The notes under the pieces were generated by a model that saw only the letters and a program-made list of their open reading frames with translations, had not been told where the DNA came from and made no database searches. From Plasmodiophora brassicae (Eukaryota), in contig CP145416.1 of NCBI GenBank assembly GCA_036867785.1, positions 496,001-560,000 of the forward strand: 64,000 nucleotides of DNA, read 5' to 3'. Positions within the stretch are counted from its first letter, which is position 1. Every line of letters begins with the position of its first letter. The position numbers and the translations under genes are program-made. Shown piece after piece: positions 23,870 to 34,188 of this stretch.

Positions 23870-26800
23870 ATGGAGGAAGACGTCGAAGTGTGGGAGGCGG
23901 CGGTCCGCATGCTGCGAGCTGCATATGACGATGATCATGTCCGAGCACAGTGGTCTCAGCCCAACGACGAGGTCAACGATGATGGACAAACAATGTACGT
24001 AGGTTTTCCGGTATGAGTGCGGCTTTGCTGATATGGTAACAGGGTCTGGGAACACTTGTCTAGCGATGCGTTTGCAGGCTTAGGCATCCACGTTAACACT
24101 GTCGATGCATGGCTTCTTGCAAATGCGAGGCTTGTCGTACCTATTGTTTGCGACAATGTAAAACATTCGCTGAACAAGACGTCCGCGACCAGTCGCATCA
24201 TGGTGTCGGATGTTATCAACCTGTGTCTACAGTAATCTTGTTTCTTTGATGTTCCGGTGCGTTGCCTTCTGACATCCTTTCAGGCCATTGTTTTCGCATC
24301 TGTCGACGGCTGTTAACAGCCAGCGGGCTGCCGCCCATTTGTCGCGCTTGAATCCTGATGCGATATGGAATTATATCCGGGGACTTTGGGCGATGAGCGT
24401 CTACGCGACGACGCCGACTGATATCTTCGACCCTGAGTGGTCGGATTCGTATCCACTGGCGTCTGCCGTCGAGAAACAAGCGTGGTGGGATGTACATCGA
24501 GCACTTCAGACTCGAACTGATACCGCTTCTGGACTTATGGTTTGGTCCCAGCCGTTCGCTGAAGATCGATCAATCCGCGAAGCGGAATCTTCTATCGGGA
24601 ACTTCTTCTCTAGGCTGCTCTACGTACCTGGAAAATCGGTCCTGTCTATCGATGATGACCAGTACCGACTCCGCTCTGCGCTCGTCGAGACTCTTGGATT
24701 TCCAAGGCACAACAACCCGAAGAAGACCTTCGGGCCAACTTCAACCGGTTGTGTTTGTGTACTCCTGGGCACAGTGATGTGTTTAAGGATGAGCGGTCGG
24801 TCCGAGACGCCGGTTCAGACCGTTGATGTGCTGCTTCGGCGACTTGTTGGAGCTGATCACGATGACCATGTCCACCTGCATCGGACTGTGATAGCCCTGG
24901 ACCGAGGTTACCTACGCGCTGCTTTGAAACAGTCCATCGAGGACAAGGGTGGCTTGATTGTTGGAACGCAGAAACGTGGAGACGGCGCACCGTTCCACTA
25001 TGGATCATCGCGTCCCAAATCGACGCAGATTGTCGTTGAAGAAGATGGCGCGAAGAGCCTTTATGTGGCCGTGTGCAACAGTGCCAAGTCGTTTGCCTAT
25101 CGAACTGGAGGCGGCTCGGTGGCACTGATGTATACAAACATCCCATGGCTATCGCAGACCCGGTTCATACTGGAACCAAAAACGATGATGACTCACAATG
25201 AGGAACCGGAAGACGAACCGCTTGTTCGTCATCTCGACACGCACACGGCTTCATTGACGAGGAGTCAGGGAGGTGTAGAATGGTTCTTTATAAGGATCGA
25301 GACCATCACCAGTACAATATCGTTCACCGCGCTGAAAGTCTTCCAAAATGAACTTGCCCCTGATCACATGTACATCCTGGACATCATCGGCATTCGCCCA
25401 TGTGACAGGTTCCACCCTCCGTACACACAGGCGCGACTCAAGAATTTGACCGTTTCCAGGCTCCGCCAAATTCTGAGAGACCGCGATGCTGATGAAGGTG
25501 CCAGTACAATGCGCAAATCCCAACTGATTGACCGCATACTGGGTCTTCCGTCTGTGCCATTGGAAGGTCTGCCACTGCTAATGAAGCGGTGGTGGCTGAA
25601 GCCGTTCGTCTCCAGTTCCACCAAGGTCGGCTCCGCCAACGAACTGAACGTCATCAACGGTTTGGGACACTTTTTCGAGGAGTTCGGCAAACACCATCGT
25701 CTGCATTTGTCGCTGCGCAGGGGTCTTGTTCGGCCATCACGGTCGCAGTACACTAGATTGGCAACCTCGCCGGATGGCGTCATCCACCTGATTGATCGTC
25801 GTTATCCTGATACGAATATTTTCGCTGCTGTTGAAGTCAAAACTAAGACGTCTCATGCTACACTCGCGACATTCGATGATCTTCGTGATCGACATCTTGA
25901 TGCAAACAGTCGATTTACGGATTGCATTGCTGGCGATGCCGATTTCGAAGCGCTAATCCCTGATCCCGCACACCGATGCCAGGTTATTCACCATGCCGCT
26001 GTTCTGAACGTTTCCGCAACCTTGTATGTCGTTGCCGATACGGTTACTGTGCTGTATGCTGTCTTGGTAACCGTTCCTGACGATTTTCGTGAACATTACC
26101 TGCTTGCTTGTCAGCGCATCGTGGACGAACATGCTGGACCTGCTCAGATCGACGCTTTACCCGTGTCCACTCTGGAACACGCGGTTGATCACCACACTGT
26201 TAAGTTCTGGCGGCAAATGAAGCAAGCGCTTCTTCAAATGCCGGGGGGGCCACCTCCTGCCCACGAAATCGTCCCAGCCGTGGTTTCCTTTTGGAACCAC
26301 GTGAAAGGCGGCCAGGACGTTGTCTCTCGAGAGATGAAAAATGTTAAGGTATGCAAATAGCGATGTATGAGGTCCATTACTGAACAGTGGCACCAGGTCG
26401 ATTTCCGGCGGCTGTCCCCACGCGCATACATTTGGCAGCGGCTTTGTTTCGTGTGCATGCTAAATGCACACAAGCTGTGGCGTCTGCTGCAGCTGCAATC
26501 CCGTATTGCCGATGTGTCCAGTTTCGACAAATGGAAACATTTGTTGAACGATGAGGGGTCGTTCAAACATTTTCTTCGGCTGGCCTGCCGTGACTGGGTG
26601 CCTTCTGAATTGCAGCGTGCAGCAGATCCAGCTGACGATCCGGTGCCGCTCCTCCAACCGCCGAAGCGGAATCGTCGGTTGTTCTTCCTGACTGAGGACG
26701 GTCGCGCGCTCCGTTTCAGACAGGGCATACATGTCCAGCGATCCGGCAATAAGGGAGCATGTTTACTGTGTCAATATCGGGAACCGAATGGGGCATGTCG

Positions 26801-27173
26801 ACAATGCAACACGACTGTGTGGTGCAGCATTTGCCAAGTGCCGTTATGCAAGACGAGATTCGGTTCGAATACCTTATCGTGCTTCGACAGATTCCATGAT
26901 CCCGATGAGGTCAACCTGTCTGTTCAGTTCCGTCCTGACAGTCGGACCGGGGAACGAGCATTCGGTCGACGTGGACGTTCTGACGAACGATCGCCGACGT
27001 CTCCTGCGGGTGGTTTGGACGCATTACTGCTTGCAAGTGGAGGACCTACAGTGCAGTCCATCGGCGGGCGCCCACGACACAATGTGGCCAATTTACCTTC
27101 GGAGAACCCGGCAAGCAATCGTTCCGGAAGCCGCTCGCGTGGACCAGTGACACGCTCGCAGTCCAGTCGTTGA
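23870..27173 (+). CDS. piggyBac-type DDD transposase with inserted YqaJ/lambda-exonuclease domain, SAP-like motif and C-terminal cysteine-rich domain (~1,051 aa)
   Basis: Exons 23870-23994, 24043-24231, 24284-26348, 26397-27173 join in frame through GT-AG introns. Motifs: LSIDDD, NPKKTFG, ALDRGY, IVGTQKR, WNHVKGGQDVV; YqaJ QGGVEWFFIRIETITS, GSANE, SPDG, EVK, CQV; CRD CSIC-VPLC-CFDRFH. Confidence 0.88.
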
Positions 27174-27234
27174 TCGTATCCCCTTTGATCCACTTGAGAA
27201 TGCACCAGAGTATCAATACAGGCAAAAGCGTGTT

Positions 27235-27478
27235 GCATGACATACTATGTCATGCTGCCTTTGCATGACATACTATGTCATATGCACCCAAAATAGAAGC
27301 ATGGGAGAGCCTGATTTCGTGAGAGCACTGGAATGAACCACAATGTCGACAGGAGTCCGAACCTTCGGGACGAGGTGGAGGCTGGAATGGACTATCCAGG
27401 ATGAAAGCTACCGTTTGCCTCCAAGGTCCTCATTTTTCGCTACATCCTGTCAAACATGCATGTCATATTATATGACAT
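27235..27478. repeat. Right subterminal palindromic repeats
   Basis: gcatgacatactatgtcatgc at 27235-27255, gcatgacatactatgtcat at 27263-27281, and atgtcata-tta-tatgacat at 27460-27478. Confidence 0.88.
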
Positions 27479-27576
27479 AATCCACGGAGTTTGGGGATAA
27501 CGTGACAAGTCCGTGGGCAGCAGCAAGTCCGCGGTGCGAGTGGTGGTCAACGTTCAAACACGTATCGCTCTCGACC

Positions 27577-29218
27577 ATGACGGATCCCGTGGAAGTGTCA
27601 GCGCCGAACAGTGACGACGCGACCGCGCGAGCGAATGGCGAGTCGTCGGCGGCGGCGGGCAACGATGAGGAGCAGCGCAAGCCGAAGCGATCGCGTTGGG
27701 GGTCGGCGTCCGATGTCGTCGAACCGAAGAAGAGGAGATCGCGTTGGGGCTCCGAAGTTGACAAAGTGCCTCTGACGCCTGAGATGGCTGCGGCCACGGC
27801 CGCGATGTCGGAGACACAACGCGAAGTATATTTATGTACGTTTCGTCGTTATGCGTTCCCGTACGCATGCGTTCTGACGTTTGGCGCAGTACGGTTGCGA
27901 ATGCAGGACATTACGGCTAAATTGGCCAACATCAAGGCCTTGATTCCAAACGACCCCACGTTGCTGTCGCCATCGCCTCCGCCCGAGTACGACACCCATG
28001 GAAAGCGGACGAATACTCGCGAGCAGCGAATCCGCGACCGCCTCGTTAAGGTACGTGCAGGAAACGACGGCACGACGTGACCGTTCGCTGACCTTTCTGA
28101 TGGCAGGAGCGCAATGAGCTCATCGAAAGAAGCATCAAGCTGAACCCACAGTTTGCAGCTCCAGCTGATTTCAAGAAGCAGCGATTTGTTGCAAAACTGA
28201 TGATTCCACAGGACCAGCCTATGACTGAGTAAGTTGTGCTGCCTAAACGCCTCATTACTGGTGCCTAACCTGTATGTTCAGGGATGGCCAGTTTTCTCGC
28301 CCGCACTCGTACTGGTAAGCGGTTTCCAATTGGTATTGATGGTTCGGGCAGTATCTGATGTGGGCGTGGTTCAGTGGTATGATCTTAGGACCTCGTGGAC
28401 TGACACAGAAGCGCATGCAGAAGGAGACGAATTGCAAGATTGAGATTCGTGGGCGTGGCTCGCAAAAGGAAGGTCGCCGGCACAAACCTCACCCTTCCGA
28501 CAACGAAGATCTGCACGTGCTTATCACTGCGGAGAACGAGGCCGACCTGTCGCTGTGTGTATCCATGATTGAGAAGCTGCTTCAGCCCGTCAACGAAGAC
28601 AACAACGAGCACAAAGCTCGGCAGCTGCGCGAACTGGCGGCCATTAACGGGACGCTTCGTGATGAGATCCGTTGCAGACTGTGCGGCGAACGTGGCCACT
28701 TCGTCGACAGATGCCCAGAGAGGACAGGCGCGGCCTGGAACCCAGCGGTCGTCCGATGTGAGATCTGCCACGATCGAGGCCACATCACAGCCGATTGCCC
28801 GACCGGTGGCTCTGTGAACACTGCCGAACGAACTCGTCTCAAGAGCGAGTACGAAAACTTCATGTCCGAACTGACTGGGAATCCAATCCCTCCCGCTGAC
28901 GAGCCTGCTGATCAAAACCCGCAAGACGACGCTTCTGCTCCACCACCACCTGCTGAACCACAGACTGGTGCAGCGCCTCCTCCTCCACCACCCGGACCAG
29001 CGGGATGGCAGCCTCCTCCTCCGGCACCTTCGGGGCAGTGGCCTCAGTACCCGCCGCACGGTGCCTATCCTCCTGCCCCTTATCCACCGCCAGCGGCGCC
29101 TTACTATGGCGCATATCCTCCTCCCCCTCCTCCATCCCATATGCCACCTATGCATCAGCACTGGGCTCCTCCTCATGGGCAAGTGTACCCGCCACCGCCG
29201 CCACCCCCTGCCCAATGA
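27577..29218 (+). CDS. SF1: Splicing factor 1 / branchpoint-binding protein
   Basis: KRSRWG (ULM, twice), [40 protein letters not shown]2 [10 protein letters not shown], two CCHC knuckles, Pro-rich tail. Confidence 0.95.
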
Positions 29219-30378
29219 AAAGGACTCTCGTGCGCAATCCAGTTGTTCCATGCGTAACTTTATCACCGTTCGTTTGCCAAGCGACTAAATGGATACAGGT
29301 CCCCTCTGTTCCGTTTCTCACTGATTGCGATTTGCTGGAATGTTGTAGAACGAAATGCTTTGTCTTTTTATCGTGCTGTCATAGGGAATGTCAGCGGTTC
29401 GCCGTCTCTTCATGCCGTTAGCTTGGTTTGGACAATGACGTAGGTGGTGTCGTAACGGCTTCTAAGTGCACAGGACAGAACGTCGCGCCCGCCTGCACTG
29501 TCAGCGGTTCAGCGATAAATCGAACTTTGTCAGTGCGGCGATGCCACGCGATACAAGGTCGAGATCACTCCATGAGATCGTCAGTACCCGGATGCAAACG
29601 AAGAAGACGGGCGTCTGGCGGGTTGCTGGAAAACAGTGCCTTCCAAAGATGATTGACAGAACGAAGACTGTCTGGAGAGGACATGTGAAAGTCAAGGAGG
29701 GCTTGGAACTGGAACTTCATATTCCAGTCTGACGGTTCCGTGAGGTTATATGGCACAACAACGCGGTTGGTAACGTCGTTGGTGAAACGACGGCGTCCCT
29801 GGAGTTGGTGTCCTCCTCCGGTCTCAGAGTCAAGATGACTGCTGTGGAAGTAGAATTGCAACAGGCGACGGACCGTTCACACCGAGCGAACCCAGTGAAT
29901 TCGGGACAGGCGACAGGCCTGTAAAGGGTTGCTGAGTGAGAACGCCGACCTCTGGGGGACGGAACGCTGTGATGTTGGCACTGCAGAATGGAGATACTTA
30001 AAGGCATTTAGGCGCATATATCCGTTCCACAGACAGAAGGGGTGAATGCCCAACTGCCGCGTCCGGGCCAGACGTCGCCGCCTCAGAACAGGTTGGGCCC
30101 CGTGGTCCCATCAAACACTGCAATATGGGGCCAATGCCTAACCCACCACGTCCTAGATCTGCACACTTGTTTGCGATCTCTGGTACTCGGCCCTGTTAAT
30201 ATAGGTCTAGTGCCAGTCACACCGGGGGGATTCGCACGGAGCGTCATTCGTCGCCGTCCGCTGCCTGGGCGGCTGACTGCCCAAAAAACCCCGCGGAGAC
30301 TGCCGGTCCCGTCAGCAGCGGGAGCAGCTTCAGCAGAGCCAGCGGCAGTCGCCTGTATCGGGAGCGCTGTCGTATCCG

Positions 30379-31191
30379 ATGCAGGGCGACGCGACTGTCC
30401 TGCCCAAACGACAGCACAGCGACGATGCAGACGCTATTCCGGCCGTCGTGCTAACGGACGCCGCCGGCACCACAATCAGCAACCCGAAGTCGCCGCCAGA
30501 TGACGTTCTCAACAGCTCCACGTTCCCGTCGTCGCTGCTGAACGGCACCTTCGCTGGACCTGCGAATCGTCCGGATGCGGTGCCGGCTCTGCTGAAGACA
30601 CCGTCACAGCGCACGTCGTCGTCGTCATCGGAGCTGTCAATCGAGTTCCTACTGCCTGGTGTCCCGCGACCCGAGGATTCGAACCGGATTACGCTGCCAT
30701 CCCCAGCGCCGTTCCCGTGTACGCTCTGCCCGAAAGGGTTCGAATCTGTCAGCGATCTGAAGCGACACCAAAAGAACATCCACGAGAACCCGAAGCGATT
30801 CCCTTGCCCGCACTGCACGAGGACGTTCCGCGCCAGCACGACACGAGAGTCCCACATCGCCAAGGCACATTCCGGGAAGAAGTCGGCCGAGTTCCCGTGC
30901 CATATTTGCAACAAGGTCCTGGTCACTGCTTCGTCACTCAAGACCCACATGGTCGTGCATTCGGACGCGAGGCCGTTCGTCTGCACGGTCTGTGCCAAGA
31001 CGTTCCGGCACGCTTGCGCCCGCAAGCTGCATATGCGATTGCATTCGGGCGAGAAACCGTACACATGCTGCAATCAGATGTTCAGGTACCTGAGCTCCCT
31101 CGCTCACCATCGCAGAACCCGGCATGGAGGGCAGGCTCCCGAACCGCAGCCGTCGCCGCCACCTAATCCTCCTCCATCATCAGAAACATAA
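30379..31191 (+). CDS. C2H2 zinc-finger transcription factor
   Basis: Four canonical C2H2 fingers plus a variant fifth; linkers SDARPF and SGEKPY. Confidence 0.9.
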   Translation: MQGDATVLPKRQHSDDADAIPAVVLTDAAGTTISNPKSPPDDVLNSSTFPSSLLNGTFAGPANRPDAVPALLKTPSQRTSSSSSELSIEFLLPGVPRPEDSNRITLPSPAPFPCTLCPKGFESVSDLKRHQKNIHENPKRFPCPHCTRTFRASTTRESHIAKAHSGKKSAEFPCHICNKVLVTASSLKTHMVVHSDARPFVCTVCAKTFRHACARKLHMRLHSGEKPYTCCNQMFRYLSSLAHHRRTRHGGQAPEPQPSPPPNPPPSSET

Positions 31192-32047
31192 ATCTGTTAT
31201 CGAATCTATTTAGCAGCTTGTGGATTCCCATTTTCGGCCAGGGTGTGTGGTCCATGAAGGCAATGTGCTTGCACCACCTTGGAGTAGTAATTGTGTGGAG
31301 TCTGGAATGACGTGGAACCGTTACGCTCATCATATACCTTCGTCTTGGCAAATACTGGTCAAGCTGGGAAACAGCTGACCCTCAGCGAGTTCGAAAGGTA
31401 ACAGGGCGGCTCTAGACACATGGGCTACAAGCCCATGCGCATGATTCTCGGAACGCTCTTGTCCGGACGACGTTTGTATGGAGACCCTTCCAAGCGTCCA
31501 CGCGACGCGCCGAAACGTACAAACGCGTCCGCATCAATCGAAACGATGACGAGTACGGAGCACGATCCCCACAAACGCCAACCCGACGATAGCGTCACAA
31601 TAATCTTCACAGATGCACATGCGGTGGTAGTCCATCGACGGTCCGCGCCTTCCCGATTTGGCGAGTCCCCGGTACGAGAACGCCTGAACGACGGCGTACA
31701 TTACCTCCCCCAGTTGGCAAGCGTGCTCAAACAAAGCCATCACGCATCAGGATGCCGTAGTCGTTCGGCTGCATTGCCACTTGTTGAACATGGGTTCCGG
31801 TTGCTCATCTCATCGCGGCACGTTTACACAGGAGTTGGAAACTGGAAGAACGCGGCCGTATCACAAGCCCGTAAAACGTGTGGACTCAGGATAGGCGCAG
31901 ATCGCCGATATCGCAGCGCTGACAGCTCACCCGGAACCGCACCGAGTTGCCTATTAGCGGGTGGCGGATCGAGGCGAGGCATCAGCAGCGGCGCCTGAGT
32001 CAGATTCAAGTCCGTCACGGTGTCCGTGCCGGACCTTGTATCGAACG

Positions 32048-32863
32048 ATGTCCATCAGGTCACTGCACGCCAACCCATTCGTGTCGCCTGGCGAGGTGAT
32101 CACGACGGAATCGGGATTCCTGTGGGGGCATGGGACCAAGCTCGGTGAAGAGGACAAGCAGTTGCGTGCGACAGTTGCTGGATTCGTCGAGCAGGTGAAC
32201 AAGCTGCTGACCGTGCGCCCGTTAACGCAGCGATACGCGGGTGACATCGGGGATGTCGTCATCGGACGTGTTACACAAGTTGGGGATAAGCGATGGAAGG
32301 TGGACATCAACAGCAGGCAGGATGGTATTCTGATGCTGAGCTCGATACATCTCCCGGGCGGTGTCCAGCGTCGTCGAACGCAGGAAGATTCTCTTCAGAT
32401 GCGGGAGTTCTTCGAAGAAGGCGATCTAATATCAGCCGAGGTCCAGAACTTCTACCACGATGGTGCCGTTGCACTCCACACGCGAAGCAGCAAGTACGGG
32501 AAACTGAACCGCGGTCAGTTCGTTGTCGTCCGACAGGCGCTCGTCAAACGCTGCAAGCAACACTTTGTTACCCTACCCGACTGCAATGTTGACATCATCC
32601 TGGGCAACAACGGATACATTTGGATAACGGAAAGCAGTGACGGGAGCGGCGCTGGCGAGTCCGCTGAGAGGCGTCAACAAATGGCTCGCGTGCGACAAAG
32701 CATCGTGGCCCTGGATCGCATGTTCGTGGCCATATTCCCGGACAGCGTCATGGATGTCTACCACGATAGCATCGATCTGGGCGTCTCACCGGCCGACATA
32801 ACGCATCGCGACTACATCCATCGCGTCACCCAGAAGGCCGTCCTTCGACTCCAACAAGTATAA
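32048..32863 (+). CDS. RRP4: Exosome complex component RRP4 (EXOSC2)
   Basis: VSPGEVIT..GHGT, RYAGDIGDVVIGRV, WKVDINS, LPGGVQRRR, LHTRSSKYGKL, ILGNNGYIW. Confidence 0.96.
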   Translation: MSIRSLHANPFVSPGEVITTESGFLWGHGTKLGEEDKQLRATVAGFVEQVNKLLTVRPLTQRYAGDIGDVVIGRVTQVGDKRWKVDINSRQDGILMLSSIHLPGGVQRRRTQEDSLQMREFFEEGDLISAEVQNFYHDGAVALHTRSSKYGKLNRGQFVVVRQALVKRCKQHFVTLPDCNVDIILGNNGYIWITESSDGSGAGESAERRQQMARVRQSIVALDRMFVAIFPDSVMDVYHDSIDLGVSPADITHRDYIHRVTQKAVLRLQQV

Positions 32864-32970
32864 ACACGTATCCGTCATGACGAATGGTGTCGGTGTCGTC
32901 TGGGGCAGCGCCGCTTGTGAGTACTACCGGTGCAGGCGGCGGGACCTCCTGCGCTGCCCACATTGATAGG

Positions 32971-34129
32971 ATGTCGTTGTCGCTCTGCGCGCGGTTGACC
33001 AGCAAGTACACAGCGTCGTTGCAACCGAACAACCTGTCGTACCTACCCGGATCCGCTGGGTTCGCGTTCTCTCATCGCAACCAGTAGACGGCGCTGTATG
33101 CAGGTTCCTGGGTTCGCCTGAGCTCGGTGTCTGTAGGGCAATCATCATCAGCGCCGGCGGTATCAACGAGAAAGTCCTTCGCTCGCCGGCCAGTCTCACC
33201 GATGGCATTGCTGTTGAACCGATGACGGTCCCGTACGAAGAAACAGATATGATTGCGCAAGTGAAATGGGAACGGTTATCGTTCGGCATCGTTCTCGTGC
33301 TCGTTACGAATGCAGGCCTCGTCCAGATCTATAACCACGCTGGCCAGCGCCTCCTCCACTTCTTCCGGATCGAATGCGACCCTAACCGTAACGGTTCGCG
33401 TCGGAGAACGTTGAGGCCGTGTCTGACACTGGAACGCGCAGAGGTTCCAGATGCCGCTCGTGGCATTGCAAGCAATGGCATCGATTTGATATTCGTTGGG
33501 TCTTACACGGGCGAGGTCATAACCCTGCAAGTCAGTGCGGAGCATATCACGAGGGGCAAGGCGCTGTCAGGATCGACGGCGCATCGAGCGCCCATCACCG
33601 ACATCGCTGCTGAACGATCAGCCGATACGCAAACACTGTCAGTACGACACGACAGTGTCAAACGGGATTACTGAAACCACGGGTCGCCCGCAGGGTAACC
33701 GCTGATGCAACTGGCCAGATCCTGGTGTGGGACCTGTCCTCTCTGGTCCTGATCGCCAACTTGGGCACGTTCCATTCACGGTGCAACAGTATCGCCGTCT
33801 ATGGTACAACGGTGGTTGCCGCGTTCCTATCGGGGCATGTCCGCATATTCAATTGTCGGGAGGAGACGCACCTGGAGATCACGGCACACAGTCGCGCCAT
33901 TAACGCCATGTGCATCAGCCCCGTGACCAAGCGCTGGTTCTGCGTCTCGGAGGACACGTTCCTGTCCATGTACACGCTGCCTGACTCGAGCAACATGCTC
34001 AGCAGCCTGCACTCGATTGTCGTATCGCCGGGCCTGCTCACCGGCCTGGCTGTGGATGGCCCTTGTGGCACCGTCGCCGTCACCTGCTACGACAGCGGCG
34101 AGATCTTCCTGGTGAAAGTCAACGAATAA
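32971..34129 (+). CDS. WD40-repeat protein, WDR54-like
   Basis: ASLQPNNLS, AQVKW..VLVL, ARGIAS..VG..GEV, H.APITDIA, AHSRAI, EDTF follow the WDR54 pattern; about three introns. Confidence 0.7.
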
Positions 34130-34188
34130 AACGCCGGATCATTTAATACGAAATCCTCTACGTTGGTTAGCATTGCGGGACGATGGGC

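Larger units (their letters stand above)
23650..27496 (+). mobile_element. piggyBac-like DNA transposon, 3,847 bp, 17-bp TIRs, ATAA target-site duplication
   Basis: Left TIR ccccaaactccgtggat (23650-23666) is the exact reverse complement of atccacggagtttgggg (27480-27496). ATAA directly flanks both ends (23646-23649, 27497-27500). The internal gene is a DDD transposase. Confidence 0.93.

Noticed and set aside
26349-26396. Two separate transposon ORFs or a nonsense mutation
   Set aside because: A 48-nt GT-AG intron joins the two ORFs in frame.
28385-29266. 293-aa minus ORF
   Set aside because: Antisense shadow of the SF1 KH and Pro-rich exon.
31200-32000. ORF 31420-31998 and minus-strand fragments
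   Set aside because: Not convincingly protein-like; no consistent exon chain could be built.
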